A DNA stretch of 34,448 nt from Calditrichota bacterium (GCA_024276455.1 JAJRXE010000091.1:1-34448), one strand, 5' to 3'. Shown: positions 9,145 to 18,679, counted from the stretch's first letter. The notes: generated by a model from the letters alone, not told the origin. Program-made: numbers and translations.

Positions 9145-10317
9145 TTACTGAATTAAGTGTAAAACCCTGACTGGTCCGGCCGTTCGATGCCCCACCCGAT
9201 CGACCGCCCAGAAGGCAAAACGGTAATCCCCTGGAGGGGTTCCGGCCGCCAGAAAAATGGTCAGGGTGTAAATACCATCGCCGGCGAGTTCGTCGCCGGC
9301 CGCCTGGGGATCGTTCACTTCATAGGGCAATCCGTTATCGAACATGAGAAAGGGATTTCCCTGCGAAGGTTGACCGTCTGGCAGATAGGAATTGAAAAAC
9401 ACCGAATCCACATCAGCCAGCCCCTGCGCATCGGTTACCTGAACGGTAATAACGATTTTCTGACTCCCGGAGGCGGGAATTTTTATGGTATCCGGTGCAA
9501 CGGCATTCCAGATTTCCGGCGGGGTGTTTTGCACCGCTATGGTTTGTTCGCGGGGCGGCGAATAATCTTCCACCCGGTCGAACGCCGAAAAGGTTAACTG
9601 ATAAGGTCCATTTTTTCCGGCACCGTAAGTGGAATCGATTACCTCGGAGAGCACTCCCTGAGGGTTGGGTGGTCCCCACACCGTGTCGCGAAACGCTATG
9701 GAGGCATCTCCTTCGCGCTGCCCAACGATTAACACGCCCTGCACATCCGCCACCCCGTCACTATCCTGGACGGCAAACTGAATGGTCGTCGGGGGCATGC
9801 CAGGAAGAATGCTGTCCGGGAATACCACCTCCAGCAATTGGGGGGGATGGTTCAGGAGGTACTCGGTCTGGAGGGTATCCACCCGCACCGATTCACCTTC
9901 GGTCGAAAAGGCTTCGACAATCACCCGGTACATTCCCGGAGAAAGCCGGTCTTTCAAATCCATCGCCGGGACAATGCGCCGGGAGTACACCTGGTCGAAG
10001 GCGATCACGTCGCCGGAGCGGGGATCGATCTGTCCTCCGTCGTCCCATAACCGCCACCCGACCACAGTCTCCTGCTGATTATTTTGCAGGGATAGTCGCA
10101 CGGAATCGATTCCTTCGTTTCCTCTGGGGTGAGTTACCCGGGCCGTCAGAAGGAGGGGCTGGCTGGAAAATCCATTCATCAGCGCCGGGACTTCAACGCG
10201 CTGAATGGCAAAAGGAATTTCCGCTTCCACCGGCCCTTTTTCTTCCGAACAGGAAAAAAGGATCGGAACGATTCCCATCAGAAATAATCCCACGATTTTT
10301 AAAGCAACCTGCGACAT
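9145..10317 (-). CDS. Lipoprotein with three Ig-like repeats and choice-of-anchor X-like acidic motifs
   Basis: Lipobox LFSC; repeats ARVTHPRGNEGIDSV / FAVQDSDGVADVQGV / VQVTDAQGLADVDSV; motifs LWDDGG..GDVIAFDQVY and MFDNG...GDELAGDGIYT; AAGGAG SD. Confidence 0.72.
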   Translation of the reverse strand: MSQVALKIVGLFLMGIVPILFSCSEEKGPVEAEIPFAIQRVEVPALMNGFSSQPLLLTARVTHPRGNEGIDSVRLSLQNNQQETVVGWRLWDDGGQIDPRSGDVIAFDQVYSRRIVPAMDLKDRLSPGMYRVIVEAFSTEGESVRVDTLQTEYLLNHPPQLLEVVFPDSILPGMPPTTIQFAVQDSDGVADVQGVLIVGQREGDASIAFRDTVWGPPNPQGVLSEVIDSTYGAGKNGPYQLTFSAFDRVEDYSPPREQTIAVQNTPPEIWNAVAPDTIKIPASGSQKIVITVQVTDAQGLADVDSVFFNSYLPDGQPSQGNPFLMFDNGLPYEVNDPQAAGDELAGDGIYTLTIFLAAGTPPGDYRFAFWAVDRVGHRTAGPVRVLHLIQ

Positions 10318-10391
10318 TTTCGCTCCTTTTTTAGGGAGTTAAAGATTGTGTATTCAGGGAAGGTCCTTAAGGACCTTCGGGCAAAAGGCCG

Positions 10392-11228
10392 TTAACGGCC
10401 TTTGCGCCACACCTGGGCAATCCATTCATTCTTTTGCAGCTGTTCCACCAATTCCAGACGTCCGGCCAGCGCTCGGTGCATTATTTCCCCTTCGGTCTCC
10501 AGCAAACCGGATAAAATCAGGCGCCCCCCGGGATTCAGTTTTGTCTCCAGGGCAAACAACATGTTTAAGAGAATCTCCCGGCTAATGTTGGCCAGAACCA
10601 AATCAAATCCTTTCTCCGGTACGCTATCTTCATTACCCACCCGAAAATCAATGGAATCCACCCGGTTTAATTGCCGGTTATGGTTGGCATTGGCAATGGC
10701 TTCCGGATCAATGTCAAAGGCAATCACCGGACCGGATCCCAACTTCCGGGCCAGAATGGCCAGAATCCCCGAACCGGTTCCGGCGTCCAGCACCGCATCC
10801 CCCTTCTTTAAATGCTTCACCAAAGCTAAAATCATCAGCTGAGTGGTTTCGTGAGTTCCGGTGCCGAAAGCCATTTGCGGATCAATAACGATGACCAGGG
10901 CCTCTTTCTCCCCCCGGGGCAAATCCCAGGGCGGCGCCACCCAGATATTTTCCGTTACCTTAACGGGTTTAAAATACTCCCGCCAGCGCTCCTGCCAGTT
11001 TTCTTCCGGCAACACGGCTACCGTAAGCTGCGTCTCCTTCAACCGTGGATTTATCTTCCGCAAAGCGGACAGTAACGCACCCAGCGAGAAATCCTCCGGG
11101 AAATAAACCGTCCACTGTGTGTCGCTGTTTTCTTCAATTCCCAGACATCCTTCCGAATACAGGACGGTGGCCAGAATATCCGGGTCGAAGCCGCTCAGCT
11201 CAAGTACAATTTTCCGGAACGTTTTCAT
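10392..11228 (-). CDS. prmA: 50S ribosomal protein L11 methyltransferase
   Basis: Motifs NWQERWREYFKP, IDPQMAFGTGTHETT, VLDAGTGSGILA, DLVLANI and LILSG. ATG 11228, one base after the upstream stop, is preferred over TTG 11240. Confidence 0.95.
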   Translation of the reverse strand: MKTFRKIVLELSGFDPDILATVLYSEGCLGIEENSDTQWTVYFPEDFSLGALLSALRKINPRLKETQLTVAVLPEENWQERWREYFKPVKVTENIWVAPPWDLPRGEKEALVIVIDPQMAFGTGTHETTQLMILALVKHLKKGDAVLDAGTGSGILAILARKLGSGPVIAFDIDPEAIANANHNRQLNRVDSIDFRVGNEDSVPEKGFDLVLANISREILLNMLFALETKLNPGGRLILSGLLETEGEIMHRALAGRLELVEQLQKNEWIAQVWRKGR

Positions 11229-11229
11229 T

Positions 11230-12219
11230 CTACCGTTCAACCACGTAAATTAATTCCATAAGAACTTTTCCCACCGCCTTCAAGCTCCGGGGCGAGCATT
11301 TATCCGGGGTATCCTGAAGCGTGTGCCAGTAACGATTCGTCTGATCCGGATAGGCCAGATCAATAATATCCACCGTTTTAATTCCCCCTTCATTCAAAAT
11401 CACATGGTCGTCGCTAATGTAGCCATTGATTTCGGGAATAAACTGGTACACACCCAGCGCCTGGGCCAGATCCCAGATTTTTTGCACCACTTCCGGCGCG
11501 TACTGCTGAGAGTACCCTTCGATGGGGAGCTGCAAATAGGCGTCGCCCACCATATCCAGCAAAATCCCGTACATGGGAAAAAAACGGGTGTTGTTTTTAA
11601 CAAAATAGCGGGATCCAAGGAAATAATTCTGAAGGTCCCCCTGTTTACCGTAATCCTCTCCGTCGAAAAAGACAATATCGATCCCCACCGGTGGAGGATT
11701 TTGCGCGAACTGACGGGCCATTTCCAGCAGCATCGCTACCCCACTGGCACCGTCGTTCGCTCCCAGAATCGGTTTGTGGGCGTTTTCCGGAGAGTCCATG
11801 TCCGCCACCGGACGGGTGTCCCAGTGGGCACAGAGCAAAATTCGCCGGGTCAGTTCGGGGCGAAAGCGGGCGATCACATTAGTCATGGTCAGGGTAATCC
11901 CTCGGTCGGCATCGTAATGCATGAAGGGCTGGGTCTCCACGTGGGGGGTGTACTTGCGGAGCTGGGAAACCAGATACTGCAAACAGGCCCGATGCCCTTC
12001 CGAACCGGGATTTCGGGGGCCAAAATTTGTCTGCGCCACCAGAAAAGCAAACGCGCTGTCGGCGTTAAATTGCGGTTGGGCGGTCCCGGCCGCCGGAAAA
12101 GCGAGCCCCAACAACAATCCCAGTCCGCCCCAGAGCCAGATTCTCCTTCCCCCTCTTCCAAGAAAATGGACTTTCTCTTTCCAACACAAAAATAATTGTT
12201 TCAAATCTGTTACCCTCAT
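11230..12219 (-). CDS. M28-family zinc enzyme, glutaminyl-peptide cyclotransferase (type II glutaminyl cyclase)-like
   Basis: Motifs FGPRNPGS, AHWDTRP, GANDGASG, FDGEDYG, LLDMVGD, SDDH and YWHTLQDT; signal peptide ending AGTA|Q. The start is uncertain (12258, 12219 or TTG 12204). Confidence 0.8.
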   Translation of the reverse strand: MRVTDLKQLFLCWKEKVHFLGRGGRRIWLWGGLGLLLGLAFPAAGTAQPQFNADSAFAFLVAQTNFGPRNPGSEGHRACLQYLVSQLRKYTPHVETQPFMHYDADRGITLTMTNVIARFRPELTRRILLCAHWDTRPVADMDSPENAHKPILGANDGASGVAMLLEMARQFAQNPPPVGIDIVFFDGEDYGKQGDLQNYFLGSRYFVKNNTRFFPMYGILLDMVGDAYLQLPIEGYSQQYAPEVVQKIWDLAQALGVYQFIPEINGYISDDHVILNEGGIKTVDIIDLAYPDQTNRYWHTLQDTPDKCSPRSLKAVGKVLMELIYVVER

Positions 12220-12266
12220 TTTTAGTGGTAATTTTAACACCACATCGCCCCCAAACACAACGGAAA

Positions 12267-15200
12267 TTACCGGATGGCAATATTCACATTAATTCCGAAT
12301 TCAAAATAAGAAGTGGTGCCGGTCAGTTTCGTTTCGGTCACCGCTTTCTCAATGAACATGGCTCCGTTCACCTTCTGACTAAACCGGTAGTTCACCGAGG
12401 GTTTAATTTTCCAGGACTTATTCTTGGCTTCTTCTTCAAAAGAATCCGACCCGGGACGTTTGGCCAGAATCAGGTCGCTGGACACATTAAACGCCAGCGT
12501 AAAGGTCATTTCGTTGCGCAGCTTTTTGCGCTTTAGAAATGGAATCGGTAATTTTAACCCTCCTCTTTTGGTGTAGGTAAAATTCATATCGAATCCCGAA
12601 CGGGTGCTTTTCTTGGCGGCTCCGGTGGCACTGTAATTGAAATTAATGCTTTTGGTGTAGCGAATCGTTCCGTTGACCCCCCATTTTGTATTGAGGTTAA
12701 TCCCCAGGAACGGCTGGTAATTCATGGTGTAACTCCAGGAATCGCGGGATTTAACATTGTCATCGTACCGGTTAAACTCATTAAACTTGCCGCTGCGGGA
12801 ATGATCGATGGTAATGGTCCGGGCAAATTTCCGAAACATGGGGAATTTTTCCAGCCCGCTCAGCCGAATCCGCCAATCCGGAATGAACATGCTCCAGCTG
12901 AATTTTTCCGGATCGTCCCCCAGAAAGAAATAGGAGCTAGTTACCGATTCCGTTTTTTGCTGATTATTCTGTGCCATATCTTTGCGAAAATTGTAAGAAA
13001 AAGAGGTGGTCAGGTTTTTCATGAAATCAAAATCCATACTGGCGGCAATATTCTTGGAATTTTTAATGGCCGGTAAACGAGGAATTTTATTAAACGTGGT
13101 GTCCACCCCTACTCCCGGATCGGTTGTAAAACCAAACATGTAATTCAGGGTCGGCATTCGGTCGATATTAAAATGCTGGTAATTGTCCGTAACCTGGTAA
13201 TCGAAATTAATGGTGCGCCAGGAGTCGAAAAAGTGCCAGACCAGCATCAACGGATTGGGAATTTTAATGGGCGGTACCCGGCTTTTTTTCTTCCCTCCGG
13301 TGCTGTCCTGGCCGGATTCGGTTTTACCGCCCCCGGACGCTGGTTGCCCACCTTTGATCTCCTTTTGGGGAACTCCCGGTATTCCGTGGCCCTGGCTCTG
13401 TCCGCTTTTTCCGGTCTGGGTCCTTCCCGGTCGACCCCGGTTTCGATTGGACACGCTCTTTCCTCGCTTTAACACCTTCTGCCTCAAGGGGTTGTAAATT
13501 TTGTTGACCAGCTCTTTCGGTCGAATATTCAGGCTAAGTTTCTTGTCAACCCGCAGGGAACTGGTCTTCTCGTTAGTTTTTACGTTGCGGAAATTGTAAG
13601 TAAAGTTGGAGTTGTAGGTAAATTTGGGAGACAGCCAGGAGGAAATTTTGGGGCCGTAATTTACCCCGAATCTCTGACTCATAAGCTTATCGACCCCGAA
13701 ATCAAAATTAGAGAAAATAGCATCAATCAGTTCTGGCGCCCGGTAGCCTTTTAACTGGGCATCGGACTGGTAATTTCGGGAGAAATTGATTCCCAGGCTG
13801 GGAAACATGGTGTAACTCATGCTCAATTTACGGGACGAGGTGGTGGTAATCCGGGTAGTGGGCTTTGCCTCCAGCCGGGCCTGCCGTTTGGACTCGTTGT
13901 CGTTAATAGAAATACCCGCCTGAATGGAATTGGGGGTGTAATAAAACTTCTGACTGGCCAACGCCCGGACAATCGGACCGTTCCCCAACCAACCAAAGGG
14001 ACGGAAAAAATTGTTTCGCCCAAAAGGCAGATTCAATTGCAACGAACCACTCAGCGCATTGACATCGTTTAACAAATTGCGTTCGTCGCTGGAATGACGC
14101 TGGCTCCAGTCCACATCCAGGCGCAGTAAGTCGATGGTGTATTTCAAGTACCAGGGTGCTTTGGGCGAGCTTCGGCGCTGAAAAGTGAACCCCAGCGATT
14201 TGCTCTGTGAAATCCGGGAATTCTTTTCCAATTCCGGATCCAGGGTGTTCAAACCGAAAAGCCGCTTGATTTTCTCTCCGAAACTTCCCCCGCTGTACTT
14301 GGTCAACTGATCGGTGTTGAAATAATATTTGGGGATTTGTTTATTGTACTGCAAGCCGCCGGAAACAGGAATTTGCAATCCCCAGCTTTCGGGGAAAAAC
14401 TTGTTTAATTTCAGGCTGAAACGGTAACTTTGCCGCTCATTGTTCATTCCCGAACCGTACTGATCTTCAATGCGGCGGAAATTCGCATCGGTGACTTCCC
14501 ACTGGGCGCGAAAGGACCCAACGTCCGCCAGAGTAAGATCGGCCCGTAAGCGCATGGCCGATCCCTTGTCCCGCTCCACATCGGTCACCCGAAGCTCGTC
14601 AATCCAGATTTCCATCCCCTCGATAGGAAAATCACCCACATTGCGCGCTCCCATAATCATAAAATTGATGTTCCGAAGGTTGGGTTTTCCCACCACCTTA
14701 AAATATTTCTCCGGGTGCTCCGGATCCTGGCGGTAATACACCGGTTGCCCGTTCAAAGAATCTACCAGAAACTCGTCCCGCTTGGTTTTCGCCAGTTCAT
14801 CCAATAACACATCGATATTGTTGCGTTCGTGCCAGTGGGCAAACACCGGTCCCCCGATTTCGTAATAAATCTCCTCGGTGGGCCCAAAACGAATGAAAAA
14901 TTGCAGGGGCGATTTAGCGTCCGGCAAATTACCGTCCGGCAACTGCCAATCTCCGTGCACGAACATTTTTAAGCGGGCGTAATTAATCAGATTCATTTTT
15001 TCCGGCAACTGTTTGTTCGCTTCTGCTATCGCCCCCGGTTCCAGATGGTTTAACCGGAGAACCAGAGACTGCTCTTTGCTTTTCGCCCGGGTAATCCGGT
15101 CCACAATTCCTGTAACGTTGGGCGGCGAATGGTACGGTTCGGGTCCGCCGGGAATGGCGACACTATTCTCTTCATCGTTGTAAACGTCCAGGGTGAACAA

Positions 15201-18200
15201 ACTGTCGGATTTCACAAAGGGCGAGTTCTCGTCCTGGGCCACTCCGGTTTCTTCCCACTCGTTTCCCACAAAATCAAAGGTGGCTATTTGAATAAGGTGG
15301 TACTTCCCATCGGGAGGCAAATTATTCACCCACAAACGAACGAAACGGATGTCTTGAAATGTTGTGTCCGGATTTCCCACCACCAGATTCGGATCGTACG
15401 CCCGGATGGGAATGCGGTACTGGCGCCAGCCTTTCTCGGTGGATCCGGTAATGTATGGATTTGACGGATCGCTGAGATCGAACTGATAGGAGAAGTAAGA
15501 ATTGGTCAGATTCAGCCCGCCGTCGCCGTCCAGGTCTTCGGTGTCCGGATATTTGGCTCCCATTCGTTCCCCATTTCCCTCGGTGCCGTTGATGTAGAGA
15601 AAGTTCGGGACCGTGGAGAGCGGATCTTTCCAGACATCCAACGGATCGGCATTCGGTTGTCCGTAGGGAATCCCATCCAGCCCGATGTCCTCCCCTTCAT
15701 CCAGTAATCCGTTTAAGTTGCGGTCTTCGGTGTTCAGATTTCGCAGCGAGGCCCGGCCCTGAATCGCAAAGGTGTTCTTGCGGATGTAAAAATCCTCGCT
15801 AATACGGCCAATATCGATATTCACCTGCCCAATGTCGCCCTTGATCCACAGCTCGATGTACTTGGTTTTCTTCTGATCGGGAAAACTCACCGTACTACGC
15901 ATAATTCCGCCCCAGGCCCGATCCTGCGGAATGCTGTCGTTCTTCCAGGCCAACACCAGCACGTTGGTCCCGTAACCGGTCTGGGCATTCACGTCCTTGT
16001 TCGGCCAGATATCTTTAATAGGCACCTGGTCGAAGGGATTGTACCAGAACATCCAAACGCGATTATCGTCCATCGCGTACATGAGCGAATCATTAGAGAT
16101 CGGAATGTCGAAATTGACTCCCAGCGAAGGAATCACAAATTTGGCCGGTACCGACGCCCGCGACCAGGTTAGATAGGGAATTCCCAGAGTGGTGGAACGC
16201 TTACTACCTTCGAAGTCGTCTATGTAGGCCACGCCGCCCTTCTCCCCCAACTTGTCTTCGTTGAACGTATTGGGATTGGGACTTACCTCGGCGTATTCCG
16301 CTTCGACGTGCAGCTTCGATTCGGCGGCGGTTTCCACCACGGGAAGCTTGTCCAGCGCCTTACTCAAAAAATTGGGGCGGAAATCCAGGGCGGTATTCAC
16401 ATCCCAGATGAAATTTCGCACCGGTTCCTGTCCCAGCCGCACCCGCTGATCCAGGGTGGAACGATTCAGATAGAGGGCCGTCATTCCAATGAATCCCCGC
16501 TCGCCCAGGGAATATTCCAGACGCCCACCCAACAGGGTCTTCTTGTCCAGCTGGAAGAGAGACCCCCGTTCGTATTCAATTTCCACATTGGCGTTGGGCC
16601 GGCGGGCTTCCTCGTCCAGAATCTGCAAGGTGCCACTGAAGTAATCGATGATGTAGTCCTTATCGCGAACCAGCTCGCGTCCGTTCAGACGCACCACCTC
16701 GGAGCCCTCCAGCACGTTGAAACCGAGATTGTAGGTCGAGGAACTGGTACTGGTGGTAATCTCGATGTCGAACTTGTGTTCCCGCTGCTCCAGGGTGTAG
16801 TCTTTGGCATTGTAAATTTTTACATACAGCGAGGAATCGATGGCAAAAGGACTTCCCCGGGGAGGTGCAAAAGGCGTCAACGACGGGAAGATCAAATAGC
16901 CGTTGGCGCGGTCAAAAATATTTCCGTTGTTCACGTCTATCTGCTTGTCACCGCCTTCAATGGGATTGCCCTGCTGATCGAGACGGTCTAACCCCATCAA
17001 ATAATTAAAGGACAACTGGGGCGGAACCGGCTGCACATCCACGTTTTCACCGGTCTTGGTGTACAGAATATTTACATCGAAACCTTCTTCCGGAATGCTG
17101 GAGGAACCCAGATTGTACACATTGCGCATCACCAATTTCCAGGTGGGGTATTCCGGTTTCAAAGCCTGCGGTTTAATCATTTTCAGAACAATGGTGGTGC
17201 TGTCGGCGATGTCTCCCACCAGCATTCCCCGGGTGGTTCCGTCTTCGGTTTGATAGGCAATAGCCAGGATATCCTGTTCCTGCAGGTTTTGGTTTAACCA
17301 GAAAAATCCCCGGTATTCGTCGTAGTTGTAATCTTCCGGGTACTTCAGCCGGACAAAGTAGGCAAATTTGACTTCCCCCTCCACATCAATCAACTTGTCG
17401 ATATTCTCTGGACCGACGGTGTCCGGATTGACCAGAGCCCAGCCGGGACGGGTCTCCTGATCGGTGGGACGGGAGCTGCGCCAGACGTCCAGCCGAACGA
17501 TCTTCTTCCCTTCGTCGAACAAGACCCACTGCATGGTCTCCGGGTCGTAGGCTTTTTCGAAATTCTCCTGGTAAATGTCGTCCACAAAGAAGAAGCGATT
17601 GCGCACATAATCGATGTCGCGCACCCGCACGGAATGTTTAGCGGCCTGACCGGTCTGGGTAATCTTCTGCTTCTCGCCCCGCTGCAAGCTGGCAATCCCG
17701 GTAAAGCTCAAATTTCCTAGTTGCATTTCGGTTTTTAAACCAAACAGCCCTTTATGCTTGGTGGTGGCCGAAACGTAATTGGTGCTGGGCAGGCTCAAGG
17801 ACACGTTTCCGGCTTCAATTTTTTGAATAATCTCATCCTCGTCGCCGGTGTAAGTCAGCCGCAGGGTGTTTTCCAGGTCAAAAGTGGCTTCGCTATTCTG
17901 ATCCACTTTTACACTCACCTTGTCGCCAACACGTCCCTCCACCTGAAACTGCTGGGTTTGCTTAAAGCGGGGACTGAAATTTCCTTTCTGTTCGAAACGG
18001 GAGACCGCCGAACCGGAACGTTTTTCGGCGCGCCCGGCCAATTCAAAAGAAATGTTACCGGTGACCCGCAACCCCACCCGGTCGCCACCAAAAATCCGTT
18101 TAAAGGCTTTACTCTTGATTTTTACCGGAATATTTAATTCGATTCCCGAAGAAGTGGAACGCTCGGTAACATTCAACCCTTTTAAAATGACTTTACGCAG

Positions 18201-18557
18201 ATTCTCCTGGTTATCGTGCTCCAACTTCTTGTGCACATAGTATTCCAGATCCATGGAAATGGGAAGCAGATAATCGCGATCGAAAAGCAATTCGCGAATT
18301 TGAATATGCAGAGTCGCGGTATCGAGTTCAACCACCCGTCGGGAATGCCGAAAAGTGGACTCGAAGAGAGTGGAATCGTGGAAGAAACGGGATAGTCCGG
18401 GGTAAGTTGGTTTAAACAGCGACACCACACCGGGAGGTTGTTCCGGTGGGCGCAAACCCAGATCACCGGCAAACGTGCCGGTTACCAGGAAGGTCAAGAC
18501 GATGAGCCAGAGGTGCGCCCGAATATTTTTCCTTTTCGGATACTGAATTCTTTTCAC
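12267..18557 (-). CDS. sprA: Cell-surface protein SprA (Sov), the T9SS outer-membrane translocon
   Basis: 2096 aa with a signal peptide. SprA motifs VEGRVGDKVSV..DLENTLRLTYTGDEDEIIQKIEAGNVSLSLP..GLFGLKT, AYIDDFEGS, WYNP, WGGIMR, IDIGRISED, WRQYRIP and EIWIDELRV; long beta-strand C-terminus. Confidence 0.92.
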   Translation of the reverse strand: MKRIQYPKRKNIRAHLWLIVLTFLVTGTFAGDLGLRPPEQPPGVVSLFKPTYPGLSRFFHDSTLFESTFRHSRRVVELDTATLHIQIRELLFDRDYLLPISMDLEYYVHKKLEHDNQENLRKVILKGLNVTERSTSSGIELNIPVKIKSKAFKRIFGGDRVGLRVTGNISFELAGRAEKRSGSAVSRFEQKGNFSPRFKQTQQFQVEGRVGDKVSVKVDQNSEATFDLENTLRLTYTGDEDEIIQKIEAGNVSLSLPSTNYVSATTKHKGLFGLKTEMQLGNLSFTGIASLQRGEKQKITQTGQAAKHSVRVRDIDYVRNRFFFVDDIYQENFEKAYDPETMQWVLFDEGKKIVRLDVWRSSRPTDQETRPGWALVNPDTVGPENIDKLIDVEGEVKFAYFVRLKYPEDYNYDEYRGFFWLNQNLQEQDILAIAYQTEDGTTRGMLVGDIADSTTIVLKMIKPQALKPEYPTWKLVMRNVYNLGSSSIPEEGFDVNILYTKTGENVDVQPVPPQLSFNYLMGLDRLDQQGNPIEGGDKQIDVNNGNIFDRANGYLIFPSLTPFAPPRGSPFAIDSSLYVKIYNAKDYTLEQREHKFDIEITTSTSSSTYNLGFNVLEGSEVVRLNGRELVRDKDYIIDYFSGTLQILDEEARRPNANVEIEYERGSLFQLDKKTLLGGRLEYSLGERGFIGMTALYLNRSTLDQRVRLGQEPVRNFIWDVNTALDFRPNFLSKALDKLPVVETAAESKLHVEAEYAEVSPNPNTFNEDKLGEKGGVAYIDDFEGSKRSTTLGIPYLTWSRASVPAKFVIPSLGVNFDIPISNDSLMYAMDDNRVWMFWYNPFDQVPIKDIWPNKDVNAQTGYGTNVLVLAWKNDSIPQDRAWGGIMRSTVSFPDQKKTKYIELWIKGDIGQVNIDIGRISEDFYIRKNTFAIQGRASLRNLNTEDRNLNGLLDEGEDIGLDGIPYGQPNADPLDVWKDPLSTVPNFLYINGTEGNGERMGAKYPDTEDLDGDGGLNLTNSYFSYQFDLSDPSNPYITGSTEKGWRQYRIPIRAYDPNLVVGNPDTTFQDIRFVRLWVNNLPPDGKYHLIQIATFDFVGNEWEETGVAQDENSPFVKSDSLFTLDVYNDEENSVAIPGGPEPYHSPPNVTGIVDRITRAKSKEQSLVLRLNHLEPGAIAEANKQLPEKMNLINYARLKMFVHGDWQLPDGNLPDAKSPLQFFIRFGPTEEIYYEIGGPVFAHWHERNNIDVLLDELAKTKRDEFLVDSLNGQPVYYRQDPEHPEKYFKVVGKPNLRNINFMIMGARNVGDFPIEGMEIWIDELRVTDVERDKGSAMRLRADLTLADVGSFRAQWEVTDANFRRIEDQYGSGMNNERQSYRFSLKLNKFFPESWGLQIPVSGGLQYNKQIPKYYFNTDQLTKYSGGSFGEKIKRLFGLNTLDPELEKNSRISQSKSLGFTFQRRSSPKAPWYLKYTIDLLRLDVDWSQRHSSDERNLLNDVNALSGSLQLNLPFGRNNFFRPFGWLGNGPIVRALASQKFYYTPNSIQAGISINDNESKRQARLEAKPTTRITTTSSRKLSMSYTMFPSLGINFSRNYQSDAQLKGYRAPELIDAIFSNFDFGVDKLMSQRFGVNYGPKISSWLSPKFTYNSNFTYNFRNVKTNEKTSSLRVDKKLSLNIRPKELVNKIYNPLRQKVLKRGKSVSNRNRGRPGRTQTGKSGQSQGHGIPGVPQKEIKGGQPASGGGKTESGQDSTGGKKKSRVPPIKIPNPLMLVWHFFDSWRTINFDYQVTDNYQHFNIDRMPTLNYMFGFTTDPGVGVDTTFNKIPRLPAIKNSKNIAASMDFDFMKNLTTSFSYNFRKDMAQNNQQKTESVTSSYFFLGDDPEKFSWSMFIPDWRIRLSGLEKFPMFRKFARTITIDHSRSGKFNEFNRYDDNVKSRDSWSYTMNYQPFLGINLNTKWGVNGTIRYTKSINFNYSATGAAKKSTRSGFDMNFTYTKRGGLKLPIPFLKRKKLRNEMTFTLAFNVSSDLILAKRPGSDSFEEEAKNKSWKIKPSVNYRFSQKVNGAMFIEKAVTETKLTGTTSYFEFGINVNIAIR

Positions 18558-18619
18558 GCTGTAATTCGAGTCTAATGTTCCTTAGCAGTATCGTCCCAAC
18601 GCACCTCCATTTTTTTTCT

Positions 18620-18648
18620 AATATATTTAATTATAAAATCTTAAGCAA
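18620..18648 (-). promoter_or_regulatory. Sigma70-type promoter for the sprA cluster
   Basis: TTGCTT-N17-TATATT on the minus strand, about 60 nt upstream of the sprA GTG. Confidence 0.6.
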
Positions 18649-18679
18649 GACAAATATCACGGAAACCGAGTCCCCTGTT

